Positions 54,562 to 64,000 of a DNA stretch of 64,000 nt are shown piece after piece. Source of the stretch: an uncultured Candidatus Saccharibacteria bacterium (GTDB lineage Bacteria; Patescibacteriota; Saccharimonadia; CAILAD01; GCA-016700035); NCBI GenBank assembly GCA_964646575.1, contig CAZYFT010000001.1, positions 8,118 to 72,117 of the forward strand, written 5' to 3'. Positions within the stretch are counted from its first letter, which is position 1. Every line of letters starts with the position of its first letter. The notes beneath the pieces were generated by a model. The model searched no databases and was not told the origin of the DNA. It saw nothing but the letters and a program-made list of their open reading frames with translations. The position numbers and the translations under genes are program-made.

Positions 54562-57383
54562 AAATAGCAATTGCTACACTTAATCGATACTTGAAAAAGC
54601 CACGATCAACCGACGAAATCGTGGAGCTTATGGCGCGCACAGAAATTGAGGTAGAGGAAATTATTCGCTCGGATAGTTTGGATGCAAAGATTATTTTAGT
54701 GAAGACTGTTGAAGTTGAACCGCATCCCAATGCCGATCGACTTCGCCTTGTGACGGTAACAAATGGCACAGATAAGATTAGGGTTGTGTGCGGAGCGCCA
54801 AATGTTACGGTTGGTCAGCGCGTTGGTTTGGTGCAGCCGGGTGCAAAATTGCCAGACGGAACAAAGATTGGTGTATCGAAGATCCGCGGCGAGGTTTCGC
54901 ATGGCATGCTCGCAAGTGCTCAGGAGCTTGGCTTGAGCGATGATCATTCTGGCATCTTTGTTTTTGAAGAAGACTCACATAGGCTCGGTACATCATTGTG
55001 CGACATTGTGTTTTTCGGGGATGTGCTAGACATAAAGACACCTGCAAATAGATGGGATTACCTAAGTGGGGTAGGGCTAGCGCGCGAATTGGCCGCCCAT
55101 GATGAAGGGCAGGGGGTAGTGGAGCCCGCAGTTGGCGAGTATTCATATAAAAACACCGACTACGTAAATGTCAAGGCGAGGGAAGAGAATAGACGGTTTG
55201 TTTCGGCGAAACTCAGAGTTAAGAATGATGTAAAAAGTCCTGCATGGCTTGTGGATAACTTGGCGGCGAATGGAATCGCCACTCATAATCCAGTTGTTGA
55301 TATTACAAACTTTGTGATGCTTGAACTTGGTCAGCCGAGTCACGCCTATGATGCTACAGCATTGACTGGCCCACTCGAGGTTCGCTATGCCGAGAAAGGT
55401 GAAAAAATTACCACACTCGATGATGAGACGCGTGAATTAACCGAGCAGGATCTTGTTGTATGCGATGCAACTGGTCCGGTTGGCTTGGCTGGCGTAATGG
55501 GCGGAGCTTCTAGCCAAATTGGGATAGAAACTACCGAAATTGTACTTGAGGCTGCACACTGGGATAAGTCGTGCATCCGCAAGACTGCTGTGCGACACGG
55601 TTTGCGCACGGAAGCTTCGTCTCGGTTTGAGCGCCCTATCCCACTCCCCTTGCCACAAAAAGCTTTTTCAAGACTCTTAGATTTGCTCACAGAAATTTGT
55701 GAAGCTGAAATTATTGAAGGACCGTATGATCAGCTGCATGGCTGGCCGTGGCAACAATTTTTGGGCGTTCGAGTTCGTCAAGCCGAACGGTTTTTGGGGA
55801 TTACTCTGGATGAGAAGCAGGTTGTTAAGGACCTAAAGAAGCTAGGATTTTCGGTTGAGCACTTCTCTATCACTAAAGAGCTGAGAAGCCATGTCGGAAA
55901 ACCATATCGTTGGGGTGCGAATTTTCGTCAAGATGGCGAGGAGGCCTTTGATTGCTCATATCTGGTGGATCGCATCTATTCTAAGCTTGGTATTTTTGTT
56001 GGTCATACGGCCTTGGGGCAAATTCATACAGGTCGACCAGTTGAAGCAAACGAGCTCAAGCCTGGAGATGTGTTGTTTTATGAGGGGAAAATTGAGAAAT
56101 CTGTAACTGATCATTATTATTTAATGAATCCTGATGGCACTAAGACCAGATACGATCTGGAGAAGCCAGAAAAAGTTGGACATAACGGCATTTATCTAGG
56201 CGGTGGCCAAGTGGTTCAGGCAGCGCAGTATAAATACCAGCAGGGCGAATGGGTGCGTCGCGATGAGGGCGGTGTGATCATCTCCCCCGTTGAGGAATTT
56301 ATCGAGAACCCCGGCTATCTGGGTGCGCGGCGTTATGTTGAAAGTTTCAATCATATTCTGGCGGTAGAAGTCCCCTGGTGGCGCAGTGACATTCGCTTAG
56401 AGGCGGATATGTTTGAGGAGATTGCCAAGTTGGTTGGATACGACAAGATGTCCGAGACATTGCCTGATATCGCGCCGATGCCGGATTCTAGCCAGTCGCC
56501 ACTAGTTGCAATGCGTGAATTGCGCCGGCGGTTGAGACATATTGGAGGCACCGATGTCGCAACATACAGCTTCATATCAGAGACCGACGCCAAAGCCTCT
56601 AAGTTAGCCATCGATAGTTTGCCTACGGTAGCTAATCCACGCTCCCCTGAACAGAAATATTTGCGGTCTGATCTACTGGCAAGTCATCTGACGATGTGGC
56701 AAAAGAATAGCGTATCTAAGACTGGTCAGGTGGCCTTTGAGCTTTCTAGGGTTTTTGATGGCTCGGGCAGAGACGGCAAGCTACCTAAAGAAAAATGGGT
56801 GTTGGCAATAAGTACTCATGGATCGGACTCTTTGAGTCAATTGCAGGCGTACGTACACCATTTCCTGGCTGGCCTACATGTACAGGCAAAGTTTCAAGTT
56901 GATGAGCGTGCTGATGACAGGTTGGTGCCTCAGCGATCGGCACAGCTGATGGTCGGTGGTGCTAAGCTTGGTGTAATTGGTCAAGTAAGTACTCCTATCT
57001 GGAAGCAGTTCGGCCTCACTCAACCTGCTAGTTATTCACTTCTTGATATTAAGGTGCTTTTGGAGGTCATCGCTACACCACGAGTAAAAACACTCCCAGA
57101 TTATCAGTTGGTACAGCGAGATATGAGCCTAGAAATGAGCGAGGTAACGAGCTGGCAGTCAATTACAGAAGTTGCACTTGAGCAGGCTGGACTCGTAAGC
57201 TGGGAATATCTATCCAGTTACCGCGATGCTGAACTTGAGCAGGCTGGACGAAAGGTAATCACGATAAAGGTAAGATTTGATCTTGGCCCGCGCCCAGAGG
57301 CAAGTGAGATTACGCGTATAGAAACAGACTTGGTGGCTGCATTGCAGTCTGTCTGTCCGTCGGCCGAGTTAGTGGTTCGGTAA
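54558..57383 (+). CDS. pheT: Phenylalanine--tRNA ligase beta subunit with inserted NlpC/P60 domain
   Basis: HPNADRL, CGAPNV, TPANRWD, VDITNFV, RFER, R.DI..EADMFEEI, FDX-ACB tail; extra ~165 aa with GKPYRWG, FDCS, PGDVLF, GHNGIY, GARR. Confidence 0.95.
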   Translation: MKIAIATLNRYLKKPRSTDEIVELMARTEIEVEEIIRSDSLDAKIILVKTVEVEPHPNADRLRLVTVTNGTDKIRVVCGAPNVTVGQRVGLVQPGAKLPDGTKIGVSKIRGEVSHGMLASAQELGLSDDHSGIFVFEEDSHRLGTSLCDIVFFGDVLDIKTPANRWDYLSGVGLARELAAHDEGQGVVEPAVGEYSYKNTDYVNVKAREENRRFVSAKLRVKNDVKSPAWLVDNLAANGIATHNPVVDITNFVMLELGQPSHAYDATALTGPLEVRYAEKGEKITTLDDETRELTEQDLVVCDATGPVGLAGVMGGASSQIGIETTEIVLEAAHWDKSCIRKTAVRHGLRTEASSRFERPIPLPLPQKAFSRLLDLLTEICEAEIIEGPYDQLHGWPWQQFLGVRVRQAERFLGITLDEKQVVKDLKKLGFSVEHFSITKELRSHVGKPYRWGANFRQDGEEAFDCSYLVDRIYSKLGIFVGHTALGQIHTGRPVEANELKPGDVLFYEGKIEKSVTDHYYLMNPDGTKTRYDLEKPEKVGHNGIYLGGGQVVQAAQYKYQQGEWVRRDEGGVIISPVEEFIENPGYLGARRYVESFNHILAVEVPWWRSDIRLEADMFEEIAKLVGYDKMSETLPDIAPMPDSSQSPLVAMRELRRRLRHIGGTDVATYSFISETDAKASKLAIDSLPTVANPRSPEQKYLRSDLLASHLTMWQKNSVSKTGQVAFELSRVFDGSGRDGKLPKEKWVLAISTHGSDSLSQLQAYVHHFLAGLHVQAKFQVDERADDRLVPQRSAQLMVGGAKLGVIGQVSTPIWKQFGLTQPASYSLLDIKVLLEVIATPRVKTLPDYQLVQRDMSLEMSEVTSWQSITEVALEQAGLVSWEYLSSYRDAELEQAGRKVITIKVRFDLGPRPEASEITRIETDLVAALQSVCPSAELVVR

Positions 57384-57511
57384 TATTCCCTAAAATCTTC
57401 GAGAAAAAAAGTGACTTTTGGTGCTGCGAGGTATGCTATGATGAGTGCAAGATAAGCACAAGAGGTTTTGTATCATCATGGAGTTGATGCTGAGCTCTAA
57501 CCAAGAGTTGT

Positions 57512-58942
57512 ATGCCTGAGGGAACAAAAAAACAAGTAGTACGCACTAAGCATTGGTTTTTGGTGCTTTTGCCATTATTTTTGCTCTTGCTGGCCAACGC
57601 GATGGCGGCGGCCTATGTAGAAGGCGTGATTTACCCTGGAGTCAAAGTAGCTGGCCAGGATGTTTCGGGTCTCACGCGCCAGCAGGCAGTTTCGCTGTTG
57701 CAGTCAAAGCCGCTGGGTAAACAAGTAAAGCTCACAGTTGCTGGCCAAGAATTTGTGGCGAGCAATGAAACAATTGGCGCGAGTTATGACGTACCAGCCA
57801 CGGTCGAGCTCGCCTACCAAAGCGGTCGCCAACATAAGCTACCGCTTGTTGGGGTTATCGATTCTATGCGTCAATCCGGTGACCTTGGTTACGCCTTTGA
57901 GCTTGATTATCGTAAGTTGAGCGCATTTACGAATCAGGTAGTTGAAAAGGTTGGGCAGCCAGCTAAGAATGCTGCACTAATTGTGCAAAACGGACAGGTG
58001 GTGGTGCAGCCGGATAGTGATGGGCTAGGTCTAGATAAGACCGAAGTTACACAGCTAGTTTCAAGTGCCCTTGCTGAAGCTCAAGATGGTGAGTTCTCGC
58101 TCGAGACAAAGCCAGTCGAAGCGCCTATTCAGGCGGCAGCCGTCGAGCCCGCAAAAATAGAAGCTGAGACATTGCTTACTCGCACTATTAAGCTCACCTA
58201 CAGTGGTCGCGTGTTTCAGCCGAGTGCAGTAAACATTGGCTATTGGGTAACGGCGAACCCAGATGATGAGGTAAATCCAAGCAAGTTACAGGTAGGCTTA
58301 TCTGAAGCTCAGATTAAGGGTTACGTGCAGTCGGTTGCCAACGAGATTGATAAGGCGCCAGTGAATAAAAAAGTTGTCGTAAAAAATGGCACCTCAACCG
58401 TGGAGCGTGAGGGTCAGGATGGTTTAGCCCTCAACCAAGATGTGGCGGCAGCAGAAATACTTCGAGCAATGCAAGAAGGTCGGGATGCTGAAATTGCATT
58501 GCAGACGAGCAGCGTGCCATTTAAGACTGAAACGATTAGAACAACGAGTCTAGATTCGCCAAAGTACATTGAAGTAAATCTTTCTCGGCAGTATATGTGG
58601 GCATATGAAAATGGTCAGGTTGTACATTCGGCACCAATTACCAGCGGGGCGACTGGTGCGGGGCTCGGCACTGTTACTGGGCTATTCGCAATCTACTCGA
58701 AGCGTACGAATACGTATCTCAATGGCTCTCAGTATGGCTATGATTACAACGTGTTTGTAAATTACTGGATGCCCTTCCATAAGGGCTTTGGATTGCATGA
58801 TGCGAGCTGGCGCAATGGTCGTTTTGGTGGTCAGGATTATTACTATAACGGCTCGCATGGTTGTGTAAATCTACCGGCGGGAACCGCGGCGTTTATCTAC
58901 GGGTGGTCGGATATAGGCACGCCAGTGTGGGTGCATAATTAG
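57512..58942 (+). CDS. L,D-transpeptidase (YkuD) with N-terminal peptidoglycan-binding repeats
   Basis: N-terminal TM; IYPGV.VAG.DVSGLT; IEVNLS.Q, GLHDA.W, GSHGCVN. Confidence 0.92.
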   Translation: MPEGTKKQVVRTKHWFLVLLPLFLLLLANAMAAAYVEGVIYPGVKVAGQDVSGLTRQQAVSLLQSKPLGKQVKLTVAGQEFVASNETIGASYDVPATVELAYQSGRQHKLPLVGVIDSMRQSGDLGYAFELDYRKLSAFTNQVVEKVGQPAKNAALIVQNGQVVVQPDSDGLGLDKTEVTQLVSSALAEAQDGEFSLETKPVEAPIQAAAVEPAKIEAETLLTRTIKLTYSGRVFQPSAVNIGYWVTANPDDEVNPSKLQVGLSEAQIKGYVQSVANEIDKAPVNKKVVVKNGTSTVEREGQDGLALNQDVAAAEILRAMQEGRDAEIALQTSSVPFKTETIRTTSLDSPKYIEVNLSRQYMWAYENGQVVHSAPITSGATGAGLGTVTGLFAIYSKRTNTYLNGSQYGYDYNVFVNYWMPFHKGFGLHDASWRNGRFGGQDYYYNGSHGCVNLPAGTAAFIYGWSDIGTPVWVHN

Positions 58943-58999
58943 CGAGAAGCGTTTTGCTCGGTGCAGAGGTAGGTAAAAACCTCTATAATCATAAGTAGT

Positions 59000-59329
59000 A
59001 TGAATGAAACTCAAAAATCTCAGGTTCAAACAGGTCGGGTGCAGGTAATCAGCAACCCTTTTCCTGAATCTACGTCGCACAATATTGAGTCGCCACCAGT
59101 TGCGGAGCATGATCAAGCTAAGGCACAGCCAGATGCGGCGAATGCGAATTCCTCCACTTCCCCATCGGCAGCCGCAGATAGCGACTTAATAGAGAAAACC
59201 TGGATAAGCGCTGTGGATAAAATTTCTCGTGATCATGGAGACGACCCGTTTACGTTGCAGCAAAAACAGGCTGAACTTACGCGTGATTATCTGAAAAAGC
59301 GGTTTGGTCGGGAGATAAAAGCATCGTGA
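59000..59329 (+). CDS. Hypothetical protein
   Basis: Disordered N-terminus; D.DLIEK.W...DP...DYLKKRF helical domain; overlaps next ORF. Confidence 0.75.
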   Translation: MNETQKSQVQTGRVQVISNPFPESTSHNIESPPVAEHDQAKAQPDAANANSSTSPSAAADSDLIEKTWISAVDKISRDHGDDPFTLQQKQAELTRDYLKKRFGREIKAS

Positions 59330-61818
59330 ATGCAGTGATGGTGCTGGCGACATTTTTGGTATTGGCATTTATTGCCGTTGCAGCAATTGGCGCGGCATTA
59401 TTTGCACGACGTTCGCAGCACGCGAAAGATATTGAGCGCGGCTTAAAAATGGTCCCATTACTACTTAAGCTCCCCCCTGCCGAGGAGGATGAGAGTCAAC
59501 GTGATGATCGTGAAAAAATTAAAGAGAATATTTCTAAAGCCGAGGGAATATTTACGTTACTATCGGGGCTCGCAACAAAGCGTAAGCTCTATTCGCAGCG
59601 ACATATTGCGTTTGAAATTGTGGCCCGTGGCGAGCAGATATATTTTTATGTAGGTGTTCCCGCGGCCTTGACGAGCGCTGTGGAGAAGGCGTTAGTCTCG
59701 GCTTACCCCACTATTCAGATCGAGCAAGCGTCTGAGCATAATATCTTCAGTCAACAGGGCAAACTAGCAGGAGTGGTTGGGGGTGAGCTAAATTTGACTC
59801 AAAAAAATATCTACCCAGTGCAAACCTATAAGACACTCGAGTTTGACCCTATGAGCGGCATGATTGCTTCGTTGTCGAAGCTGACACAAGATGAAGGTGC
59901 TGCAATTCAGATAATGGTTCGTCCAGCTCCTGCTAAGTGGGCGAAGGGTGCCCGTGAGTATGCGAAGGGGCTACTCAATCCCCAGAGAGCCAAATCGAAC
60001 GATCCGATGCACATCGCAACACAAATAGCTAAGGCGCCATTTTCAACACCAGATTGGCAGGCTAAAGAGCAGATGCATGATCCGACTAAGCAGGCCGATA
60101 CTATTGATCAAAAGCAGGCTCAAGCAATCGAAGAAAAGGCCAGTGAACCGGCCTTTGAGACATTAGTGCGGGTTTTGGCGAGTTCGAGCGATCAGGCCCG
60201 CAGCCAGCTTGTTGTTCAGGATATCGTCAACGGTTTTGCGCAGTTTAATCAGCCGGGTAGTAATGGTTTTGTATATGCGCCGGCCAACACACCGCGGGAG
60301 TTAGCGCATGATTTTATATTTCGAATTTTCCCCAGGAATCGTAAGGGCGTTATATTAAACTCTACTGAGCTTGCCACGATCTTTCATTTGCCAGACGTCG
60401 CAGCCGAGATTGGAACTCCCCTGGAGCGCAAAGGCCGGCGCGAGGTTTCAGCTCCAGCCGAGTTACCAAGCCAGGGCGTCGTGATTGGCTCAAACTTCTT
60501 TCAGGGTAAGGAAAAAGTTGTGCGGCTTTCTGATGAGGATCGTAAGCGCCACATGTATATCATTGGGCAAACTGGTACTGGTAAGTCAGTGACGCTAGAA
60601 GATCTTATTGTGCAAGATATGGCGCTTGGCAAGGGGCTGTGTGTGATCGATCCGCACGGTGAGCTAGCTGATGCGGTGCTCGCTAAGGTACCGCGGAGCA
60701 GAATTGATGATGTGATTTACTTTAATCCGGCAGACCTAGCTGTGCCTCTTGGTCTAAATATTATGGAGTTTGATCCTGAGCATCCAGAGCAGAAAGACTT
60801 CATCATTCAAGAAGTAATTAACATGCTCTATAAGCTGTACGACCCAGATAAGCAGGGAATTATTGGACCCCGCTTTGAGCATTGGTTCCGCATGGCGTCG
60901 CTGACAATTATGTCCGACCCTCAGGGAGCGACATTCCTAGAGGTGCCAAAGCCGTTTGTAGATGATGAGTATCTGAAAGAGAAATTTAAGCATGTGAAAG
61001 ATACGACTGTGCAGGATTTTTGGATAAATGAGATGGGTCAGACTTCGGATTACCACAAGAGTGAGATGCTTGGTTGGTTTGTGTCCAAGTGGGGTGCGTT
61101 CCAGTCTAACGAAGTGATGCGCAATATTATCGGGCAACATAAGAGCGCTTTTAATTTTACTGAAATCATGGACTCAAATAAGATTTTGATTGTGAATCTC
61201 TCAAAGGGACAAACAGGTACAGAAAATTCGCGTCTTTTGGGCATGATTTTTGTGATCAAGCTCCTAGCGGCTGCACTTGCTCGATCTGGTCGCGAGAAAA
61301 GTCAGATGCCGCAGTTTACGCTCTATGTAGACGAGTTCCAAAACTTCTCGACGGACAGTTTTGCGACTATCCTCTCCGAAGCCCGTAAATACAACCTGTG
61401 TCTCGTGGTTGCCAACCAGTTTATAGGACAGCTGTCTGAAGAAATCAAAGGCGCGGTGTTTGGTAATGTTGGAACACTGTTTACGTTTCGCTGCGGGCCT
61501 GAAGATGCCGAGTTTTTGGAGAAGCAATTTGAGCCAAGCTTTGATCGCAATGATTTGGTCAATATCCCGAACTTACAAGGTGCCATTAAGCTGATGGCCA
61601 ATGGCCTGCCAACAGTGCCGTTTACGATCCATCCGGTGTTTCCGCCGGTAGGCAAGGCAAATGTAGAAGTTGCGATGCAACTTAAGGAACTGACGCGCAA
61701 GCGGTTTGGTCGTCCAAAAGCCGAAGTTGAAGAAGAAGTCCGCCAGCAATTGCGTACGCGCGATGGTGAAACGAGCACCGCTGCCGAAAAGAAGCCAGCT
61801 CCAGCCCCTGTTGGTTAG
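59326..61818 (+). CDS. Membrane-anchored VirB4/TraG/HerA-like ATPase
   Basis: RHMYIIGQTGTGKS, IDPHG, LYVDEFQNF, LSEARKY, ANQ, GNVG. Confidence 0.88.
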   Translation: MNAVMVLATFLVLAFIAVAAIGAALFARRSQHAKDIERGLKMVPLLLKLPPAEEDESQRDDREKIKENISKAEGIFTLLSGLATKRKLYSQRHIAFEIVARGEQIYFYVGVPAALTSAVEKALVSAYPTIQIEQASEHNIFSQQGKLAGVVGGELNLTQKNIYPVQTYKTLEFDPMSGMIASLSKLTQDEGAAIQIMVRPAPAKWAKGAREYAKGLLNPQRAKSNDPMHIATQIAKAPFSTPDWQAKEQMHDPTKQADTIDQKQAQAIEEKASEPAFETLVRVLASSSDQARSQLVVQDIVNGFAQFNQPGSNGFVYAPANTPRELAHDFIFRIFPRNRKGVILNSTELATIFHLPDVAAEIGTPLERKGRREVSAPAELPSQGVVIGSNFFQGKEKVVRLSDEDRKRHMYIIGQTGTGKSVTLEDLIVQDMALGKGLCVIDPHGELADAVLAKVPRSRIDDVIYFNPADLAVPLGLNIMEFDPEHPEQKDFIIQEVINMLYKLYDPDKQGIIGPRFEHWFRMASLTIMSDPQGATFLEVPKPFVDDEYLKEKFKHVKDTTVQDFWINEMGQTSDYHKSEMLGWFVSKWGAFQSNEVMRNIIGQHKSAFNFTEIMDSNKILIVNLSKGQTGTENSRLLGMIFVIKLLAAALARSGREKSQMPQFTLYVDEFQNFSTDSFATILSEARKYNLCLVVANQFIGQLSEEIKGAVFGNVGTLFTFRCGPEDAEFLEKQFEPSFDRNDLVNIPNLQGAIKLMANGLPTVPFTIHPVFPPVGKANVEVAMQLKELTRKRFGRPKAEVEEEVRQQLRTRDGETSTAAEKKPAPAPVG

Positions 61819-61880
61819 TTGTCAGAACTTGGTTGACGGGCTACAATCTTAAGTAACATAACAGGTAAGGGTGAAAAATA

Positions 61881-63434
61881 ATGCTGTTTCGCGACGTAGT
61901 CTCAAATATTTCGCTTGGTAGAGAAAGCAAAAATGTACTTGGCTTTTACATTAAACGAATTGCCGATGAGCAGTCGACGCGTGTCATCACGGCCGTATTG
62001 GCGCTCATCATGGTCGCTTTTCAGTCGGTGACATTTATTGCGCCACCAAAAATATCAGAAGCCAGTTCGGGTTCGTCAAACGATATACTCTACGGTGGGT
62101 ATAGTTCCAAAAATGATTTGTTGCGTAAGTTTGATTCTAACCCGGAGCTAAGGGCGATATACACCCGGGTTGGTATTGGACGTGATGAAATTGTTCGGGC
62201 GACCAACAGTCGTGTGAATTCATCGTGGGATGTGTGGTCGATGGGGCGAAGGCGTCATGGCGAGCAGAATGTCCAGCTCGATATTCCAGGTGCGCACACT
62301 GCTATTTATTTGCGGCCACTGAGGGTGTGGGGCAATAATAAATGGTTCTCTGGCCTGGAGGGCAAGACGGCTGCCGGGAAGCAGTTTTGGATACTCTATG
62401 ATTGTGGTAACCCAGTGTTTGCTGCTAACACTCCAGGCGAGAAGGTGCCAGCACCATCAACGCCACCTCCACCTCCTCCTCCGCCACCACCTCCACCAAC
62501 TACTCCCCCGCCACCGCCAGCCATAAGCTACGCCTGTCAGAGCTTGGCCGCCTACATAGACACGGCCAATAGCGGCAAGAATCCGCCACTCAAAGTAACC
62601 TTTGCTGGCGTTGCACAAATTGCCAATACTAAACTGAAGAACTACATTTTCGATTTTGGAGACGGAGAACGGATCTCAACTGATAAATCTCAAGTTGAAC
62701 ACACCTATAAAAAGTCAGGAACATATGTTGCTCGCTTGAGGATTGAAACTGCCGCAGGTACAACCAATAACTCAACCGCTTGCTCGCAAACAATTCGTGT
62801 TGTGGATGCCAAACTAACTTACAATAAGCAAGCAGTTAATCTGTCTATTAAGGACAAAAGCGGCAACCCAATACAGGCCAGCGGCACTACGGCTCAGGCT
62901 GGTAACGAAATTCGCTACAGTATCTCGGCGACCAATACAGGTACGGGTATTATTTCTGGGTTTGTATTCGAAGAAGCTATCGCCGATATCCTAGAATACG
63001 CTGACGTGCAGGATTTAGGTGGGGCTCAGCTAATTGAGAAGCCAATTCCGGGACAAGAAGACAAGCTAGTGGAGCGTACATTAGTGTGGGGTAAGGTAGA
63101 CATTAAAGGTGGTGAGACGGTTACCAAGCAGTTTGTAGTTCGGGTAAAAAACCCTATCCCTACCACGCCAACTGGCGTGAGTGATCCAAGCTCTTACGAC
63201 CTCAAAATAGAAAATATATTCTTTAACAACCGAGTCGAAATTCTGTTAGAGCAGCCACCTGTGAAGAGAGTCGAGGAAGTTGCTCAGACGCTGCCGCAAA
63301 CTGGTGTCGGATTGGCAACCACCAGCATGGCATTCTTTACGAGTGGTATGGTGTTCATCTTACTGCGTAATCGATTGATTAAGCGCGAGCTTGAAATTAT
63401 CGCTGTGACTGATCAAGGAGGCACCCATGGCTGA
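61881..63434 (+). CDS. Surface protein with poly-Pro linker, PKD and DUF11-like domains and LPQTG-TM tail
   Basis: PPPP run ~62460-62520; FDFGDG..HTY..GTY; C-terminal LPQTG, hydrophobic segment, RNR..KR. Confidence 0.8.
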   Translation: MLFRDVVSNISLGRESKNVLGFYIKRIADEQSTRVITAVLALIMVAFQSVTFIAPPKISEASSGSSNDILYGGYSSKNDLLRKFDSNPELRAIYTRVGIGRDEIVRATNSRVNSSWDVWSMGRRRHGEQNVQLDIPGAHTAIYLRPLRVWGNNKWFSGLEGKTAAGKQFWILYDCGNPVFAANTPGEKVPAPSTPPPPPPPPPPPPTTPPPPPAISYACQSLAAYIDTANSGKNPPLKVTFAGVAQIANTKLKNYIFDFGDGERISTDKSQVEHTYKKSGTYVARLRIETAAGTTNNSTACSQTIRVVDAKLTYNKQAVNLSIKDKSGNPIQASGTTAQAGNEIRYSISATNTGTGIISGFVFEEAIADILEYADVQDLGGAQLIEKPIPGQEDKLVERTLVWGKVDIKGGETVTKQFVVRVKNPIPTTPTGVSDPSSYDLKIENIFFNNRVEILLEQPPVKRVEEVAQTLPQTGVGLATTSMAFFTSGMVFILLRNRLIKRELEIIAVTDQGGTHG

Positions 63435-64000
63435 AAAACTTACTCATAATCCCGAGCAAGATGCTGGTAGTAAACATGAAAAGCCAGAGCTTAAGGTGGA
63501 GGCCACGCAGCAGAATGTAGAAAAAGCTCATGAAAAGCCAGAAAATCGACAGGAAAAAGAGAAGTCTGTCGAGAAGAGCCGAGAGAAACTAGAGAAAGCT
63601 CTAGATAAAGAAGCTGAGAAGGCTCGTGAGAAACAGCCTAAGCCACAGGAGGCCCGTGAGCCACAAACGATAACGCGCGCTAAGCGTGATGCGGCCTTTA
63701 ATTCAACTATGAAAACAGTGCGGACACAGCTTTCTCCGGTGCAGCGAGGGTTTTCTAAATTTGTGCATGCTAAACCAGTTGAGGTTGTGAGCGAGCTTTT
63801 AGAGGAAACAATCTTTCGGCCGAGTTTTCTGTGGGGCGGTGTAATTGGCGGCCTAATTTTAGGCGCTAGCTTGTATCTATTCGCTCGAGCGCAAGGTTTT
63901 CGTCTCTCGGGTTCGGAGTTTATCGTTGGCATGTTTATTGGTGGAGTAATTGGGATAATTTTTGAAAAGCTATTTGGACGGAAGAAGTCAGCCAAAAACC
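63427..64000 (+). CDS. Hypothetical membrane protein, 3'-truncated by the window
   Basis: AAGGAGG then ATG at 63427; MAEKLTH..charged region..FSKFVH.KPVE..RP..LWGG..LSGSE TM segments; no stop before window end. Confidence 0.8.
   Translation, partial: MAEKLTHNPEQDAGSKHEKPELKVEATQQNVEKAHEKPENRQEKEKSVEKSREKLEKALDKEAEKAREKQPKPQEAREPQTITRAKRDAAFNSTMKTVRTQLSPVQRGFSKFVHAKPVEVVSELLEETIFRPSFLWGGVIGGLILGASLYLFARAQGFRLSGSEFIVGMFIGGVIGIIFEKLFGRKKSAKN

Noticed and set aside
55860-56351. PheT insertion as an intein or intron
   Set aside because: No Cys/Ser start with His-Asn end, no HINT or homing-endonuclease motifs; frame is continuous and motifs match NlpC/P60
62455-62522. CCN trinucleotide repeat as a contingency locus
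   Set aside because: Mixed synonymous codons encoding an in-frame poly-proline linker

Overview
A mostly core chromosomal segment of a Candidate Phyla Radiation (Patescibacteria, Saccharimonadia-like) bacterium using genetic code 11. It holds translation genes (thrS, miaA, rpmB, infC-rpmI-rplT, smpB, argS, trpS, pheS, pheT), tRNA-Val(GAC), tRNA-Pro(GGG), RNase P RNA, tmRNA and a probable 6S RNA. It also holds a two-component cluster, an SOS-type cassette (Y-family polymerase plus SRAP), envelope genes (murT-gatD, uppP, glycosyltransferases, L,D-transpeptidase), large surface proteins and a VirB4/HerA-like ATPase. No CRISPR array, integrase or transposase was seen. Top observations: (1) PheT carries an apparently catalytically intact NlpC/P60 (Cys-His-Gln) domain inserted inside its B5 domain, next to an L,D-transpeptidase gene. 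(2) A ~550-nt, highly base-paired unit with its own promoter and terminator and no long ORF lies between trpS and the pheST operon (candidate unknown ncRNA), and a second small transcription unit shares its CA-rich 5' motif. (3) A thrS T-box has an ultrashort Stem I. (4) A kinase-less sensor sits beside a kinase with almost no sensor loop. (5) Many genes look leaderless. All calls come from motif reading; no searches were run.
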